DNA of 64,000 bases, taken from positions 1 through 64,000 of the forward strand of contig JBEKCB010000017.1 in the NCBI GenBank assembly GCA_050015075.1, read 5' to 3'. Below, piece after piece: positions 36,633 through 46,521 of the stretch; positions within the stretch are counted from its first letter, which is position 1; each line of letters begins with the position of its first letter. This stretch comes from Candidatus Brocadiia bacterium. GTDB taxonomy: Bacteria; Planctomycetota; Brocadiia; CAIUPP01. The notes beneath the pieces are model-generated. The model had not been told where the DNA came from. It ran no database searches and saw only the letters and a list, made by a program, of their open reading frames with translations. Position numbers and translations under genes: made by a program.

Positions 36633-37602
36633 CGCGCCCTCTCCATAGGTACGCACCAGTGAAGCCCTTAAACGAAATAGGGCGGTCAAAGCGCTCTCGC
36701 GCCTCGAACCGCCCTATGCAGTTCTGCGGAATTGATCCGCCGAGCCGAGACGGCTTACAGCGCCCTTGCGCTCATAAACCGCCAACCCGGTTTTTGCACT
36801 CGCTACGAAGGTCGCTGCGTTCGGCCGTTTGCCTCAAAGCCAGCGACCAGACCAGTATAGTTTCGCGCCCTCGCTAATCCCAACGTCTTAGCCAAAGGGT
36901 GCCCGGATGTGTAGCAGGTGGCTCCGGGGTCTATGCGAGCCTAATTGTTCGCTTTACGCCAATCCCTCCAAAACCCGCCCGCGCTCCCGGCTGCGAATTA
37001 TACCGGCAGCGCCTGACGCGCGTGAGTCCACGACCTTATCGCGGTTCTCACGGCAGTAAGAACAGCGCATACCGCAAACCCCTTGCTAGGCGTGCCTCTT
37101 TGCGTCCCTGTCCATTGAAAAGCGCCGCAACTAGATTCGGATCATTCCCCCTACATCTAGACGAATGACAAGTATAAGGCACCATAGCTAGTATTGTCAA
37201 ATCTATGCGCCTCGCCAGCGCATTGCTAAGTTACTGTCCAACATAGACTAGCGATCTTGGGCAACTATTTTTTCAGAATTCTCGTTTTTTCGCCCGCAGG
37301 CTCCCCCGCGTGCACTGAATCACCTGCGACTCGGTGCGCCTAAGCCCTGCGCCGATCCGCACCGCACGCAAACACGTCAGGACTGTTCTTGACCAACCCC
37401 ATAACCGGCTGCCAGTCGCTGTGGTAAAATCCGCCCGCGTGAGATTCTACAATGCCCGCCCCTAAAAAGCTACGTGCCGGGGGAAGCGGGAAGGAGACCG
37501 CCATTCCTGACCTATGGGCGGCTTGACGCCGCTGGGCGAGAGAGTATGATATCGGCTGATGCTCCCGATTCTGTTCATGGGCAAAGACGGAGGGCAATTA
37601 CG

Positions 37603-38427
37603 ATGGCAGATGACACGTCCACGGCAGAGACGCCCGAAGGAACCATCCGTTTCCAGTGCAAGTGCGGAAAGAGCTATTCGACCCCTGCTATGAATGCGGG
37701 AAAGGTCATTGCCTGCAAAGGCTGCGGGGAGCGAATCAAGATACCCGGCCCACAAGCCCGTGAAGCAAAGGCAGAGACTGCGAAACAGGAAGTGCGCGAT
37801 AGTGACGACAGCAGACCGCAAAAAACTGAGTCACCCACACCTCCTTCGGCGACGAACGTGAAACTGCACGCCATAACATACGTCTGCGTCGGGATAACGG
37901 TGCTGGCCGTGATTGTTGCAGTTTCGGCTTGGAGAGACGCAAAGGAGTTGAGAAACCAGTTGTGGCAACGTGACGACTTGACAGCATCGTCGCAGGGCCC
38001 TGCGAAATCTGCGAGCATTGCCGAAGCACCGGAACTCAAAGGCAATGACCTTCTAGCTTGGAAATTGGCATACGGCTCGGCCATCGGCGACTTCTGCTCA
38101 GAAGCTTTCCCGTCAAGGCCGATTCGCAGGTTGATGACGAAGAACGACAACGGCACTTACGTTTTTCTCTTCTCCAATCTTAACGAGACAACCCACACTC
38201 CGGGTTTCAACCCAGTGTCGTTTTACCCGCACACAATGTGGGAGGTTACCGTGATGGACTATGGCGACAAATTGCAAGTTGTCAGCAGCCATATGAAAAC
38301 TCTGGCCCCTAACCAAACAATGGATGAGCTTAAGAAGCTCTTTGATGAACTCTTTGGCCAATACATTCGGACAGCACCATTGCCAGGCACGGCGAACGTT
38401 CCCGTGAAGACGGTTCCGAAACCGTAG
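37603..38427 (+). CDS. Zinc-ribbon, single-TM membrane protein
   Basis: FQCKCGK...AGKVIACKGCG, then a TM helix; promoter-like TTGACG-16-TATGAT at 37523-37550. Confidence 0.75.
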   Translation: MADDTSTAETPEGTIRFQCKCGKSYSTPAMNAGKVIACKGCGERIKIPGPQAREAKAETAKQEVRDSDDSRPQKTESPTPPSATNVKLHAITYVCVGITVLAVIVAVSAWRDAKELRNQLWQRDDLTASSQGPAKSASIAEAPELKGNDLLAWKLAYGSAIGDFCSEAFPSRPIRRLMTKNDNGTYVFLFSNLNETTHTPGFNPVSFYPHTMWEVTVMDYGDKLQVVSSHMKTLAPNQTMDELKKLFDELFGQYIRTAPLPGTANVPVKTVPKP

Positions 38428-38535
38428 GAACAAGAGGGTGGGCAAATGACGGACGGCGTGTGTCCCAAACCGGCTACTCACACCGGGTGACCACCACGTC
38501 TTCCATCGCGCGAGCCTGCGAAAGTGAGGCATGAC

Positions 38536-39126
38536 ATGCCTGACCGGGATGTACGCAGCGTTCGGGATCTCATCTTCTACCAGTACGCGAAATTAATCGC
38601 GCGGAGCGCCTTTCGCTGCTCGGACGGCGAGGCGGCCAAGAAGCAGCACTACGGCTTCATCAAGAAGACCTTCCGCGACCTCCAGAGCGGGCGCAAGAGT
38701 TGGTCGGACATCCTGCGGGAGGACAAGCAACTCGTGGAGGCGCCCAAGGTTTGCGTCTTCTGCGGCGCAACGGAGAACCTCGTCTGGGAGCACATCGTGC
38801 CCCGGTCTCTCCACATCAATGACCGCTGCCCCGCCTGCGACCACCTCCAGGGCATCCATAACCAGGTCTGGTGCTGCGCCCCCTGCAACTCCAGGAAGAG
38901 CACCAAAGGCCTTTACGCCTTCTTCGCGGAACTCTCCGGCGATCCCGACGGCGACTTCTTCGACTTCATCCCGGCGCTGCTGGAAAAGAAGTATCTCAAG
39001 ACCATCCATTTCTGCCACGAATGCGCCGGGACGCTGACCGCCGGTGACCTGGACGGCGACGGCGCATTGACGGTGCTCGATTTGGATGAAGTGGTGCGAC
39101 GGCATGTTGCTGCGCGGGGCGAATAG
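38536..39126 (+). CDS. HNH endonuclease
   Basis: CVFCG...EHIVPRS...HNQVWCCAPCNSRK. Confidence 0.85.
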   Translation: MPDRDVRSVRDLIFYQYAKLIARSAFRCSDGEAAKKQHYGFIKKTFRDLQSGRKSWSDILREDKQLVEAPKVCVFCGATENLVWEHIVPRSLHINDRCPACDHLQGIHNQVWCCAPCNSRKSTKGLYAFFAELSGDPDGDFFDFIPALLEKKYLKTIHFCHECAGTLTAGDLDGDGALTVLDLDEVVRRHVAARGE

Positions 39127-39195
39127 ATAGCGCGAACCGCCGGACTTGCCCGACCTTCCGCGCCATTCTCTCGCAACGTGAGGAGTGAGACTCAC

Positions 39196-39978
39196 ATGGG
39201 CCGGAACCCGCAACACAAAGCGAAGCCGAAAGGTGCTGCGCTTGCTGGAAAGCCGGCGCGTCAATTGGGACTAGACTATTCTGGGTTCTCGCCGCGTCAG
39301 TTGGGACTGAGCGTTCTCAGTCGCTGCCTTCTCGATATACGCGAGATACTTGAAAAACCAGACGAGATACATTGGGAACCTGATACTACGGATTTTGACG
39401 AGGAGAATCCCTTCGGAGAGGTGGGACTGCCTGTTAAGACCGGGGCGAAGTACGCCTTGCAAAACCTGCTGGCGCTAGATCGCCTCATACACGAGGCAGA
39501 AGACAACACCGCGCTGCTTCTCGGGGACCCACTCAAATCGGAAGTCCTGCGTGCCCTTAGCGTAGTGCATACGGCCATCGGGCAAGCTGAGATTCCGGTA
39601 GAGTCGTCAATCTATGACAGAAAAGAGAGGATGGGCATACGGTTTGCCATTGAGAGAGTGACCTGCGCGAAGGACCGCGATGGTGGAACGCTCGCGCGCT
39701 TAGCAGATGCTGTCGGGGACTTGTGTCACACGGCCGAGGGCCCGGTGCGGGCAGACGCCGCGTCAAAGATGGACCCATTGAAGAATCCGAACCTCTCCCG
39801 CTCCACCCGCAGGCTTTGGGAGAAGTTGCGCGCTGTGCAGAAACCTCAGACTACCGACGATATGGAGGGATGGGGCTTCAGCCGGAAAACCGTAATCAAG
39901 GCCGTTAAAGAGCTTAAAGATTCGGGGCATATTACGCGTTGTACGGGCGGCGGTGTGTTGCCGAGGGAACCGAAATAG
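39196..39978 (+). CDS. Hypothetical protein with C-terminal winged HTH
   Basis: GFSRKTVIKAVKELKDSGHITR; AGGAG upstream. Confidence 0.65.
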   Translation: MGRNPQHKAKPKGAALAGKPARQLGLDYSGFSPRQLGLSVLSRCLLDIREILEKPDEIHWEPDTTDFDEENPFGEVGLPVKTGAKYALQNLLALDRLIHEAEDNTALLLGDPLKSEVLRALSVVHTAIGQAEIPVESSIYDRKERMGIRFAIERVTCAKDRDGGTLARLADAVGDLCHTAEGPVRADAASKMDPLKNPNLSRSTRRLWEKLRAVQKPQTTDDMEGWGFSRKTVIKAVKELKDSGHITRCTGGGVLPREPK

Positions 39979-39995
39979 CCACCGAAATAGCTACC
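39969..39995 (+). repeat. 12-bp tandem repeat, possible operator
   Basis: ACCGAAATAGCC ACCGAAATAGCT ACC upstream of the HTH-primase genes. Confidence 0.6.
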
Positions 39996-40068
39996 ATTAT
40001 GATACTGTAAAACCCACCACACGCGGTCATACTGTCCTATGAACTGAGGCTTCATGGGAGAGTGTGAC

Positions 40069-40254
40069 ATGGTCAAAGACCTGACCCTTGCGGAACTCGC
40101 TAGAATCACTCGCCGGCATCCTGAAACCTTGCGCCGCCTAGCGCGAACAGGGCAACTGCCGGGCGTCTATCGGCTTGGGGGCCGATGGATGATTGCGCCG
40201 CAGAACGCGCGGCGACTTCGGCGTCTTCCAGACCAAGGGCCCACCGATGACTGA
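40069..40254 (+). CDS. HTH_17/excisionase-like DNA-binding protein
   Basis: LTLAELA...HPETLRRLARTGQLPG-x-RLGGRW. Confidence 0.85.
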   Translation: MVKDLTLAELARITRRHPETLRRLARTGQLPGVYRLGGRWMIAPQNARRLRRLPDQGPTDD

Positions 40255-42913
40255 TACGATCTCCACTACCGAAGTCTGTCTCGGCGCGCCAGAGCTGGCG
40301 GATTCTTTGCTGTCGGTTGCCTTGGGGTGCATTGAGGCTGGCGTTTCAATCATCCCCATCGACCACACGACCAAGCGTCCGGCGGCGAACCTGTTGCCCA
40401 CGAACGCTGAAGGCAAGCCGGCATGGAAGCCGTACCAGGCCGCCATCGCTGATGAGGGGACGGTCCGACAATGGTTCAAGACCGGCATCCAGAGTTTTGC
40501 CGTTGTCGGCGGCAAGGTATCCGGCGGGCTGCTGATTTTGGACTTCGACGCGCCGGAATTCTACGAGCAGTGGGTCGAGGCCGTGGGTGAGCGGGCGAAC
40601 GGGCTACCGGTCCAACGGACTGGAGGCGGCGGCTATCAAGTACTCCTGCGCTGCGCCCGTCCTGGCGGAAATGACAAGCTGGCTTGGGCGCAGGATGAGA
40701 AAGAGGAAACAGGTCGCACCATTGCCATCGAGACGCGCGGCGAGGGCGGCTATGCCGTAGTGGCGCCGTCGCTGCATCCGTCGGGGAATCGGTACAAGAT
40801 GCTGGTCGGAAGCCTCACGAACATCCCTGTCGTTCCTCAAGCCCGTGCCGATGCCCTGATGGCGGCCGCCCGCAAGCTGGATCAGGCTCCGTTGACCCGG
40901 CAGGAGCAGGAACGGCTGGAGACCCAGGCCCGCGAAGCCCACCGGCAACGACAGACCTACCGCCCTGGCCAACCCAGCGTCATCGCCGCCTTCAACGCGG
41001 CGCATCCCATCAAAAATCTGTTGCAGAGGTACGGGTACGTCAAGGGGGCACATGGGCGGTACATTCGGCCCGGGGGAAAGAGCGAATCAGTATCGGTCAA
41101 GGATGGGCGAAGCTGCCACTGGTCGAGCAACGATCCATTGAACGACGGCCGAGGCAAGGGCGGGTGCGGTTGCCATGACGCCTTCGACATATACGCTCAC
41201 TTTGAACATCGTGGCAACGTGTCCAAAGCAGTAAAGGCAGCGGCGGACATGAGGTCCACCAACTCCGCTGACGATCTCCCACAACTGGACGCTGGCGACC
41301 GTAACCTTCCTCGCATAACGCGGGCTGTGTGGGATGCGGTGGTAGCACAGAACGAGCCGCCGCATCTCTTTCACCGTGCAGGGCAGGTCGTGTGGATAGA
41401 TGAAGATGATGAAGGCATGCCGATCACTGTCGCCCTGGACAGGATCAAGTTTCGGCACCTGCTTGCCCGCGTTGCCAGATGGTATCGCTGGGTGAAGGGG
41501 AGGAAGGGCGAACCACCCGAACCGAAGGATGCCGCCCCACCCCTGGATATCGTCGAGGATGCCCTCGCGCTTCGCGGGAAGCCGCTGCCAGTGTTGGACG
41601 GACTGGCGGAGGCGCCCGTGTTCGCGCCAGATGGAACATTAGTGATCGCGCCAGGCTATTCTCCCGAAAGTCGATTATTCTATGCCCCCAGCGCGCGGTT
41701 TGTCGTTCCTCCCGTCTCAGCTGTGCCATCCGAGGGCGACGTTGATAAAGCCCGGGCGCTCATTGTTACGGAACTGCTCGGCGACTTCCCCTTTACATCT
41801 GAAACCGAACGTGCTCACGCTCTCGCACTATTGCTTCATCCCTTTGTGCGGCCTCTCATTGCGGGTTCGACCCCCTTGCATTTGATCGAGAAACCCACTC
41901 CCGGTACTGGTGCAACTCTTCTCGCTGATCTCTTGGTCTACCCGGCTCTGGGACGGCCCCCTGCCTCACTGACTGAAGGCCGCGATGAGGACGAATGGCG
42001 CAAACGTCTCACAGCCGCAGCCCGGCATGGTGGTCCTGTCATACTGATTGACAACCTGCGCCGCCGGCTGGATTCATCGAGCGTCTCGTCCGCGATAACT
42101 GCACTGTTCTGGGAAGACCGCATTCTCGGCACTTCCGATACCGTGAGGTTGCCCATGCGCTGGGCCTGGATCGCCACTGGTAACAACCCCGCCCTCTCCT
42201 CCGAGATCACGCGCCGAACCGTGCGAATCCGCCTCGATGCGAAGAGCGACCGCCCATGGCTTCGCCAGGGCTTCCGGCATCCCGACATTCGACGGTGGGC
42301 TGCTGAACACCGTGTGGAATTGGTATGGGCTGCACTGACGCTGGCTCAGAACTGGCTGGCAAAAGGCCGACCTCGCCCACCCGCACTCCCTACCTTCGGC
42401 ATGTTCGAAGCTTGGAGTGACGTGATGGGCGGCATCCTGGCCTGCGCCGGGATTGCGGGGTTCTTGGGGAACCTTGACGAGTTCTACGAGTGCTCCGACG
42501 TGGAAGGCGAAGCGTGGAGAAACTTCGTCGCGGCCTGGTTTAATTCTCATGGCGAACGTGAGGTGGGTGTTGCTGAACTCTATTCCCTCGCCGCCACGGA
42601 GGACGGCAGCGCGCCGATTGACCTTGGCGATGGGACCGAGAAGAGCCAGAAGACCCGTCTCGGCAAGGCGTTGTCGGCGCAGCGCGACCGCCAGTTCGGA
42701 GCATATCGGGTTGTTGCAGGCGCCAAGAAGGATGGAGCCCAACAGTGGAAGCTTCTTACGGCGGCTGAACGTCCTGAACGTGCTGAACATTTTCCCCCGC
42801 GCGTGAGAAATGAATCCTCTGAAGAAGAATCGTTACCGGGAGCGCTTGGAAAACGTTCAGGATGTTCAGGACGTTCAGTGCCTGCATTCCGCGACCCCGG
42901 AGAAGAGGGCTGA
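40247..42913 (+). CDS. Bifunctional primase-polymerase with C-terminal helicase-like ATPase
   Basis: LLILDFD, RTGGGGYQ and RGEGGYAVVAPSLHPSG (Prim-Pol); PGTGAT, LIDN and ATGNN (ATPase). Confidence 0.9.
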   Translation: MTDTISTTEVCLGAPELADSLLSVALGCIEAGVSIIPIDHTTKRPAANLLPTNAEGKPAWKPYQAAIADEGTVRQWFKTGIQSFAVVGGKVSGGLLILDFDAPEFYEQWVEAVGERANGLPVQRTGGGGYQVLLRCARPGGNDKLAWAQDEKEETGRTIAIETRGEGGYAVVAPSLHPSGNRYKMLVGSLTNIPVVPQARADALMAAARKLDQAPLTRQEQERLETQAREAHRQRQTYRPGQPSVIAAFNAAHPIKNLLQRYGYVKGAHGRYIRPGGKSESVSVKDGRSCHWSSNDPLNDGRGKGGCGCHDAFDIYAHFEHRGNVSKAVKAAADMRSTNSADDLPQLDAGDRNLPRITRAVWDAVVAQNEPPHLFHRAGQVVWIDEDDEGMPITVALDRIKFRHLLARVARWYRWVKGRKGEPPEPKDAAPPLDIVEDALALRGKPLPVLDGLAEAPVFAPDGTLVIAPGYSPESRLFYAPSARFVVPPVSAVPSEGDVDKARALIVTELLGDFPFTSETERAHALALLLHPFVRPLIAGSTPLHLIEKPTPGTGATLLADLLVYPALGRPPASLTEGRDEDEWRKRLTAAARHGGPVILIDNLRRRLDSSSVSSAITALFWEDRILGTSDTVRLPMRWAWIATGNNPALSSEITRRTVRIRLDAKSDRPWLRQGFRHPDIRRWAAEHRVELVWAALTLAQNWLAKGRPRPPALPTFGMFEAWSDVMGGILACAGIAGFLGNLDEFYECSDVEGEAWRNFVAAWFNSHGEREVGVAELYSLAATEDGSAPIDLGDGTEKSQKTRLGKALSAQRDRQFGAYRVVAGAKKDGAQQWKLLTAAERPERAEHFPPRVRNESSEEESLPGALGKRSGCSGRSVPAFRDPGEEG
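42765..42878. repeat. Two inverted triplets of 9-bp repeats (candidate replication origin)
   Basis: CTGAACGTC CTGAACGTG CTGAACATT ... AACGTTCAG GATGTTCAG GACGTTCAG. Confidence 0.75.
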
Positions 42914-42970
42914 CCAGTGAAAGAAAGGCAGGAGAGCGGCTGCTCAAGCGGCCACAGGCGTGAAAGCACA

Positions 42971-42998
42971 GGAGGCCCGGAAATGCGTCCGGGCCTCC
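42971..42998. terminator. Hairpin between convergent genes
   Basis: GGAGGCCCGGA-AATGCG-TCCGGGCCTCC. Confidence 0.6.
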
Positions 42999-43021
42999 CG
43001 AAAGGTGAAACGATGAACGTA

Positions 43022-43552
43022 TCAGCCGGCCAGCGCGAACTGCCCACGGTCGACCTTCTTGAACCGGGCCTCGTCACCCTTCTTCTGAATCTCGCGCAGG
43101 ATGCAGGAGTAGAGCGTCGCGGCGGGCGTCTTGCCGGTTGTGCTCCACAGCTTCCTGGCCAGGACCACCTCGACGATCTCCTTCACGTTCATCGCCTTCT
43201 TGGTCTCACGCAGGACCAGGATCGCCGCATCCACCAGACCAAGGCGTTTCTCTTTGGCCTGGCGCGCGCCCTGTTGGCCCACGTTGCGCCCACGGGCCGC
43301 CTTTGCGCCTTTGCTCGCGGAGGCCTTTCCGGGCGCGCCGTGGGCCGCCTGTTTCGTGGTGAGCCGGCCTACGTCGTCGGCCACGGTCCTCACGGTAAGC
43401 CGCCCCGCGTCCGCGACGGTCATCCGCTTGCCGCCGGCGCTGACCACGCTGATCTTGCCCTTCGGGTCCACGCCCTTGACCGTCACGGCGACCTTGTTCT
43501 TCCCGATCGCCAACGTGTACGTCTCTCCCACCTTCACGTTCTCGAGCTTCAT
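43022..43552 (-). CDS. HARE-HTH (HB1/ASXL) winged-helix protein
   Basis: LVDAA-x-x-VL...M-x-x-KEI...LW...GKTPAATLYS-x-ILREI...RF-x-K-x-x-RG-x-F. Confidence 0.85.
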   Translation of the reverse strand: MKLENVKVGETYTLAIGKNKVAVTVKGVDPKGKISVVSAGGKRMTVADAGRLTVRTVADDVGRLTTKQAAHGAPGKASASKGAKAARGRNVGQQGARQAKEKRLGLVDAAILVLRETKKAMNVKEIVEVVLARKLWSTTGKTPAATLYSCILREIQKKGDEARFKKVDRGQFALAG

Positions 43553-43651
43553 CGCACGCCCTCCCAAACGGTTCTTGCTGCCTCGTCTCGGCCAGCCCAT
43601 TGGCGGCCGCCATCTCCGCCCACCACGCGGGTGGGCAGAGGGGCGGTCGTC

Positions 43652-43930
43652 CTACCGGCCAGTCATTCTTCGGAGATCGCTCGCCCCGACGCCGGGAGCG
43701 AAAGTCGCCAGTCGCATGACGATGGTGCGGTCCTTGTTGTTCAGGTGGAGGCCACGCACGGCGGCGACCATGTGCTCGAAGGAGCTGTATTCGTGTTCCT
43801 CGATTCCGGCGAGGACTGTCCAGTACAGCCGCCCGCTGCCCTCGCGGCGCAGTTGCTTCACATCGATGGTTACCGTGTTCGACTCCGTCGCGGGCGTCTC
43901 GACCACCTGCGTCCTCTTTCCTTCAGGCAT
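43652..43930 (-). CDS. Hypothetical protein
   Basis: Co-oriented upstream of the HARE-HTH gene; plausible codon usage. Confidence 0.6.
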   Translation of the reverse strand: MPEGKRTQVVETPATESNTVTIDVKQLRREGSGRLYWTVLAGIEEHEYSSFEHMVAAVRGLHLNNKDRTIVMRLATFAPGVGASDLRRMTGR

Positions 43931-44076
43931 CGTCGTCCCATTTCTGTAACCCGCCTACCATCAATGCTTTACACCAGACATGAGGGCATCCTTTTTGTCC
44001 GAATGCAAGGGGAAAATATGGAATTTCGCATGCCGCACGACGCGCGGCCATCCTGGGTTACGACGAGGAGACGGGA

Positions 44077-44409
44077 ATGACTCCCTGCGGCCGATGCGCG
44101 AATTGTCGGAACGGCGCGCCGGGGCTATGCCTGGCCCACTATTCTGGCCTGCTGGCAGTCACGAAGGGAGTGCCGCGCGACTACTGCGAATGCGGCAAGC
44201 CGTTGTACGAACGGGATCGTCTCTGCCCGGATTGCCGGCTCGCCCATCGGCGACGGACGAAACGCGACTATCAGCGACGTTGCCGACGTGGACAGTTTAC
44301 GAAAAAAGGCCCTTTGTTTATTGGGCGAAAAGGGGCTGATTTGGCAGGGGGTGGTACTTTGACACTCGGAACATCGCGGATGCGCTGTAGCGTAGCGGAG
44401 AGCGCATGA
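44077..44409 (+). CDS. Small Cys-rich (zinc-finger-like) protein
   Basis: GAGGAG RBS; CGRCANC, CECG and CPDC; ATGA overlap with the AlpA gene. Confidence 0.5.
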   Translation: MTPCGRCANCRNGAPGLCLAHYSGLLAVTKGVPRDYCECGKPLYERDRLCPDCRLAHRRRTKRDYQRRCRRGQFTKKGPLFIGRKGADLAGGGTLTLGTSRMRCSVAESA

Positions 44410-44675
44410 CTGGGATCGGCACAATCGAGTGCGTGGCAAGTGGGCCGGCGCTGTCGCCGCTGCTGCTGGACGCGAAACGAACCGCCGAACTGTTGGGATG
44501 GTCCGTGTCGCACGTCTGGCGGCAACACGCGGCGGGCTTGATGCCAGCGCCGATGCACTCTGGCCGCCTTACGCAGTGGCGCCGCCGCGAACTGGAAGCA
44601 TGGATTGACGCCGGAATGCCGCCGCGCGACAGGTGGATTTGGCCCGCGCCGGCGAATCTGACAAATAGGACTTGA
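44406..44675 (+). CDS. AlpA-family regulator/excisionase
   Basis: LLDAKRTAELLG-x-S...G-x-MPAP...W-x-x-x-ELEAWI. Confidence 0.85.
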   Translation: MTGIGTIECVASGPALSPLLLDAKRTAELLGWSVSHVWRQHAAGLMPAPMHSGRLTQWRRRELEAWIDAGMPPRDRWIWPAPANLTNRT

Positions 44676-44725
44676 TTTCGTGCGAAACACATTGTAGCAC
44701 TGAGCCAGGAGGAGGAAACAGAATC

Positions 44726-46486
44726 ATGGTTCGATACTTCCGCAGATGGTGGGTGGACGAAGAGGGAAAGAAACGGATCGCCCGGATTGTCAAGGAAGCG
44801 AACGCGGCTCGCGAGACGGCTCGGGCGACGATCCGTGAGCCTGACCTCCTGGATGCCAGACTCGCGGAGATCAAGGAGCGGCAGGTTCTTCTGACGAAAA
44901 AGGCCAGGCGGTGGAGCAAGAAGACCACGATCATCTTCAAGGACCTGGCTGGCGATGTTCACCGCTTGGAGGGGTTCACGGATGATCGCGTGACGCAGAG
45001 TTTCTGCACGAACCTTGAGCACCTCATTGACCGTGCGAGCTGCGGCGAGGCGCTTGACGCAGACCTGGTTCGGTGGGTTCAGAAGCTTCCTGCGGAGACG
45101 CGCAAGCTTCTGGCAGAAGTCCATCTCTTGGACGCCGGCAGGGCAGCCGGAGCCCGGGCGCTCGTTGACCAGGTGGAGGAGTTCCGCGCGGCGCTCGTTG
45201 CCAAGGGGGCCACGGCCGCACATGCGCAGTTGACCGCCAACCGCGCCAAGGCCGTGGTCGAGGGGTGCGGCTTCAAGGGTTACGCGGATGTCTCGCCGGC
45301 GAAAGTTCTCTCGTACCTCGCGGGCATCCGCTCAGAACACTTCGCCGGCGGCAGGAAGCGGAAGGGCGTGGGTCTCCAAAGTTCGAACTGGTATCTTCAG
45401 GCGGTTAAGGGATTCTGCAAGTGGATGATCCGCGAGCGGCGCGCAACGGACAATCCGATCGCCCACTTGGAGGGGTTCAACGTGCGAGTAGACCGTCGGC
45501 ACGATCGGCGCGCGCTGACGCTGGACGAATGCCGGAGGCTCATCGGGACGACGCAGAAGAGCGGCAAGACGATCCTGCAAATGGCCGGCTCGGAGCGGTC
45601 GCTGCTCTACCGGTTCGCGCTGGAAACCGGCCTGCGCTGGAATGAGTTGCGGACGCTGAAGTGCGGTAATTTCACCCTTGCCGGGGATGCGCCGACCGTC
45701 ACCGTTGAGGCGGCGTATTCGAAGCATCGGCGCGAGGATCGGCAACCGCTGCGGCGAGAGACGGCGGCGCTCCTGGCCGACTACCTCGCCGGCAGCGATG
45801 CCCGTGCACCCGCCTTCGGGATGGGTTCAGCGTGCAACAAGGCTGTGCGGATGATTCAGGCCGACCGCTTGGCCGCGCGGACTGCCTGGCTGCGGGAGGC
45901 GCTGCCCGACGTGGACGAACTCAAGCGACGCGCGAAGACGGACTTCCTTCGGTACAAGGACGCGGCTGGCCGCGTAATGGACTTCCACGCGCTGCGGCAT
46001 ACGTTCATAACGAACCTCTGCGCCGCTGGTGTCCATCCGAAGGTCGCGCAGGCGCTCGCGCGACATTCAACGATTAGCCTCACGATGGACAGGTACACTC
46101 ACCTGAGCGTTGATCGTGCGGCGGACGGTCTCATGGCGCTCCCGTCGTTGGACGCTCCGAAGGCCGAGGCGGCAGAAATTCGGAAGACCGGCACGGATGA
46201 CGTTGCGCTCGTGAAGGCACCCGCTCCGGCGGGAACCACTGCACGTTTTCTGCAACGGGACCGGATTTTCACCGCGATTTCTGGCCATTCTGGGACACAG
46301 AACGGCGATTCGGAAAGGGAGCTTGAAACGAGCGGAATAGGCGCGAAAACGCTAGAGAATCCGCGCGTTTCCACGCGGTCCGAATTGGAGGCGGCGCCCG
46401 GATTCGAACCGGGGATGACGGTTTTGCAAACCGTTGCCTTCATCCACTTGGCGACGCCGCCTCGCGCGGACCGAACTGCGGAATAG
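44726..46486 (+). CDS. Tyrosine recombinase/integrase; 3' end overlaps tRNA-Cys on the antisense strand
   Basis: ETGLRWNEL, DFHALRHTF and LARHSTISLTMDRYTH; strong RBS AGGAGGAGG. Confidence 0.95.
   Translation: MVRYFRRWWVDEEGKKRIARIVKEANAARETARATIREPDLLDARLAEIKERQVLLTKKARRWSKKTTIIFKDLAGDVHRLEGFTDDRVTQSFCTNLEHLIDRASCGEALDADLVRWVQKLPAETRKLLAEVHLLDAGRAAGARALVDQVEEFRAALVAKGATAAHAQLTANRAKAVVEGCGFKGYADVSPAKVLSYLAGIRSEHFAGGRKRKGVGLQSSNWYLQAVKGFCKWMIRERRATDNPIAHLEGFNVRVDRRHDRRALTLDECRRLIGTTQKSGKTILQMAGSERSLLYRFALETGLRWNELRTLKCGNFTLAGDAPTVTVEAAYSKHRREDRQPLRRETAALLADYLAGSDARAPAFGMGSACNKAVRMIQADRLAARTAWLREALPDVDELKRRAKTDFLRYKDAAGRVMDFHALRHTFITNLCAAGVHPKVAQALARHSTISLTMDRYTHLSVDRAADGLMALPSLDAPKAEAAEIRKTGTDDVALVKAPAPAGTTARFLQRDRIFTAISGHSGTQNGDSERELETSGIGAKTLENPRVSTRSELEAAPGFEPGMTVLQTVAFIHLATPPRADRTAE
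46386..46461 (-). tRNA. tRNA-Cys (GCA), integration target
   Basis: 76-nt cloverleaf GGCGGCG...ACGGT-TTGCAAA-ACCGT...TTCGAAT...CGCCGCC-T-CCA. Confidence 0.97.
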
Positions 46487-46521
46487 TCAGGATAACCGAC
46501 GGCGCGGAAAGTTGCAAGCCA

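Larger units (their letters stand above)
4509..46434. mobile_element. ~41.9 kb integrative element in tRNA-Cys (phage-satellite-like or defective prophage) carrying a defence island
   Basis: Flanking 50-bp direct repeats; integrase adjacent to the intact tRNA; AlpA, Prim-Pol, HNH and TerS genes; visibly more AT-rich cargo blocks. Confidence 0.93.

Noticed and set aside
37040-37130. c-di-GMP-I riboswitch (GGGACGCAAAG on the minus strand)
   Set aside because: The upstream GGCAAAC..GAAA P2 arm and a convincing P1 are absent.
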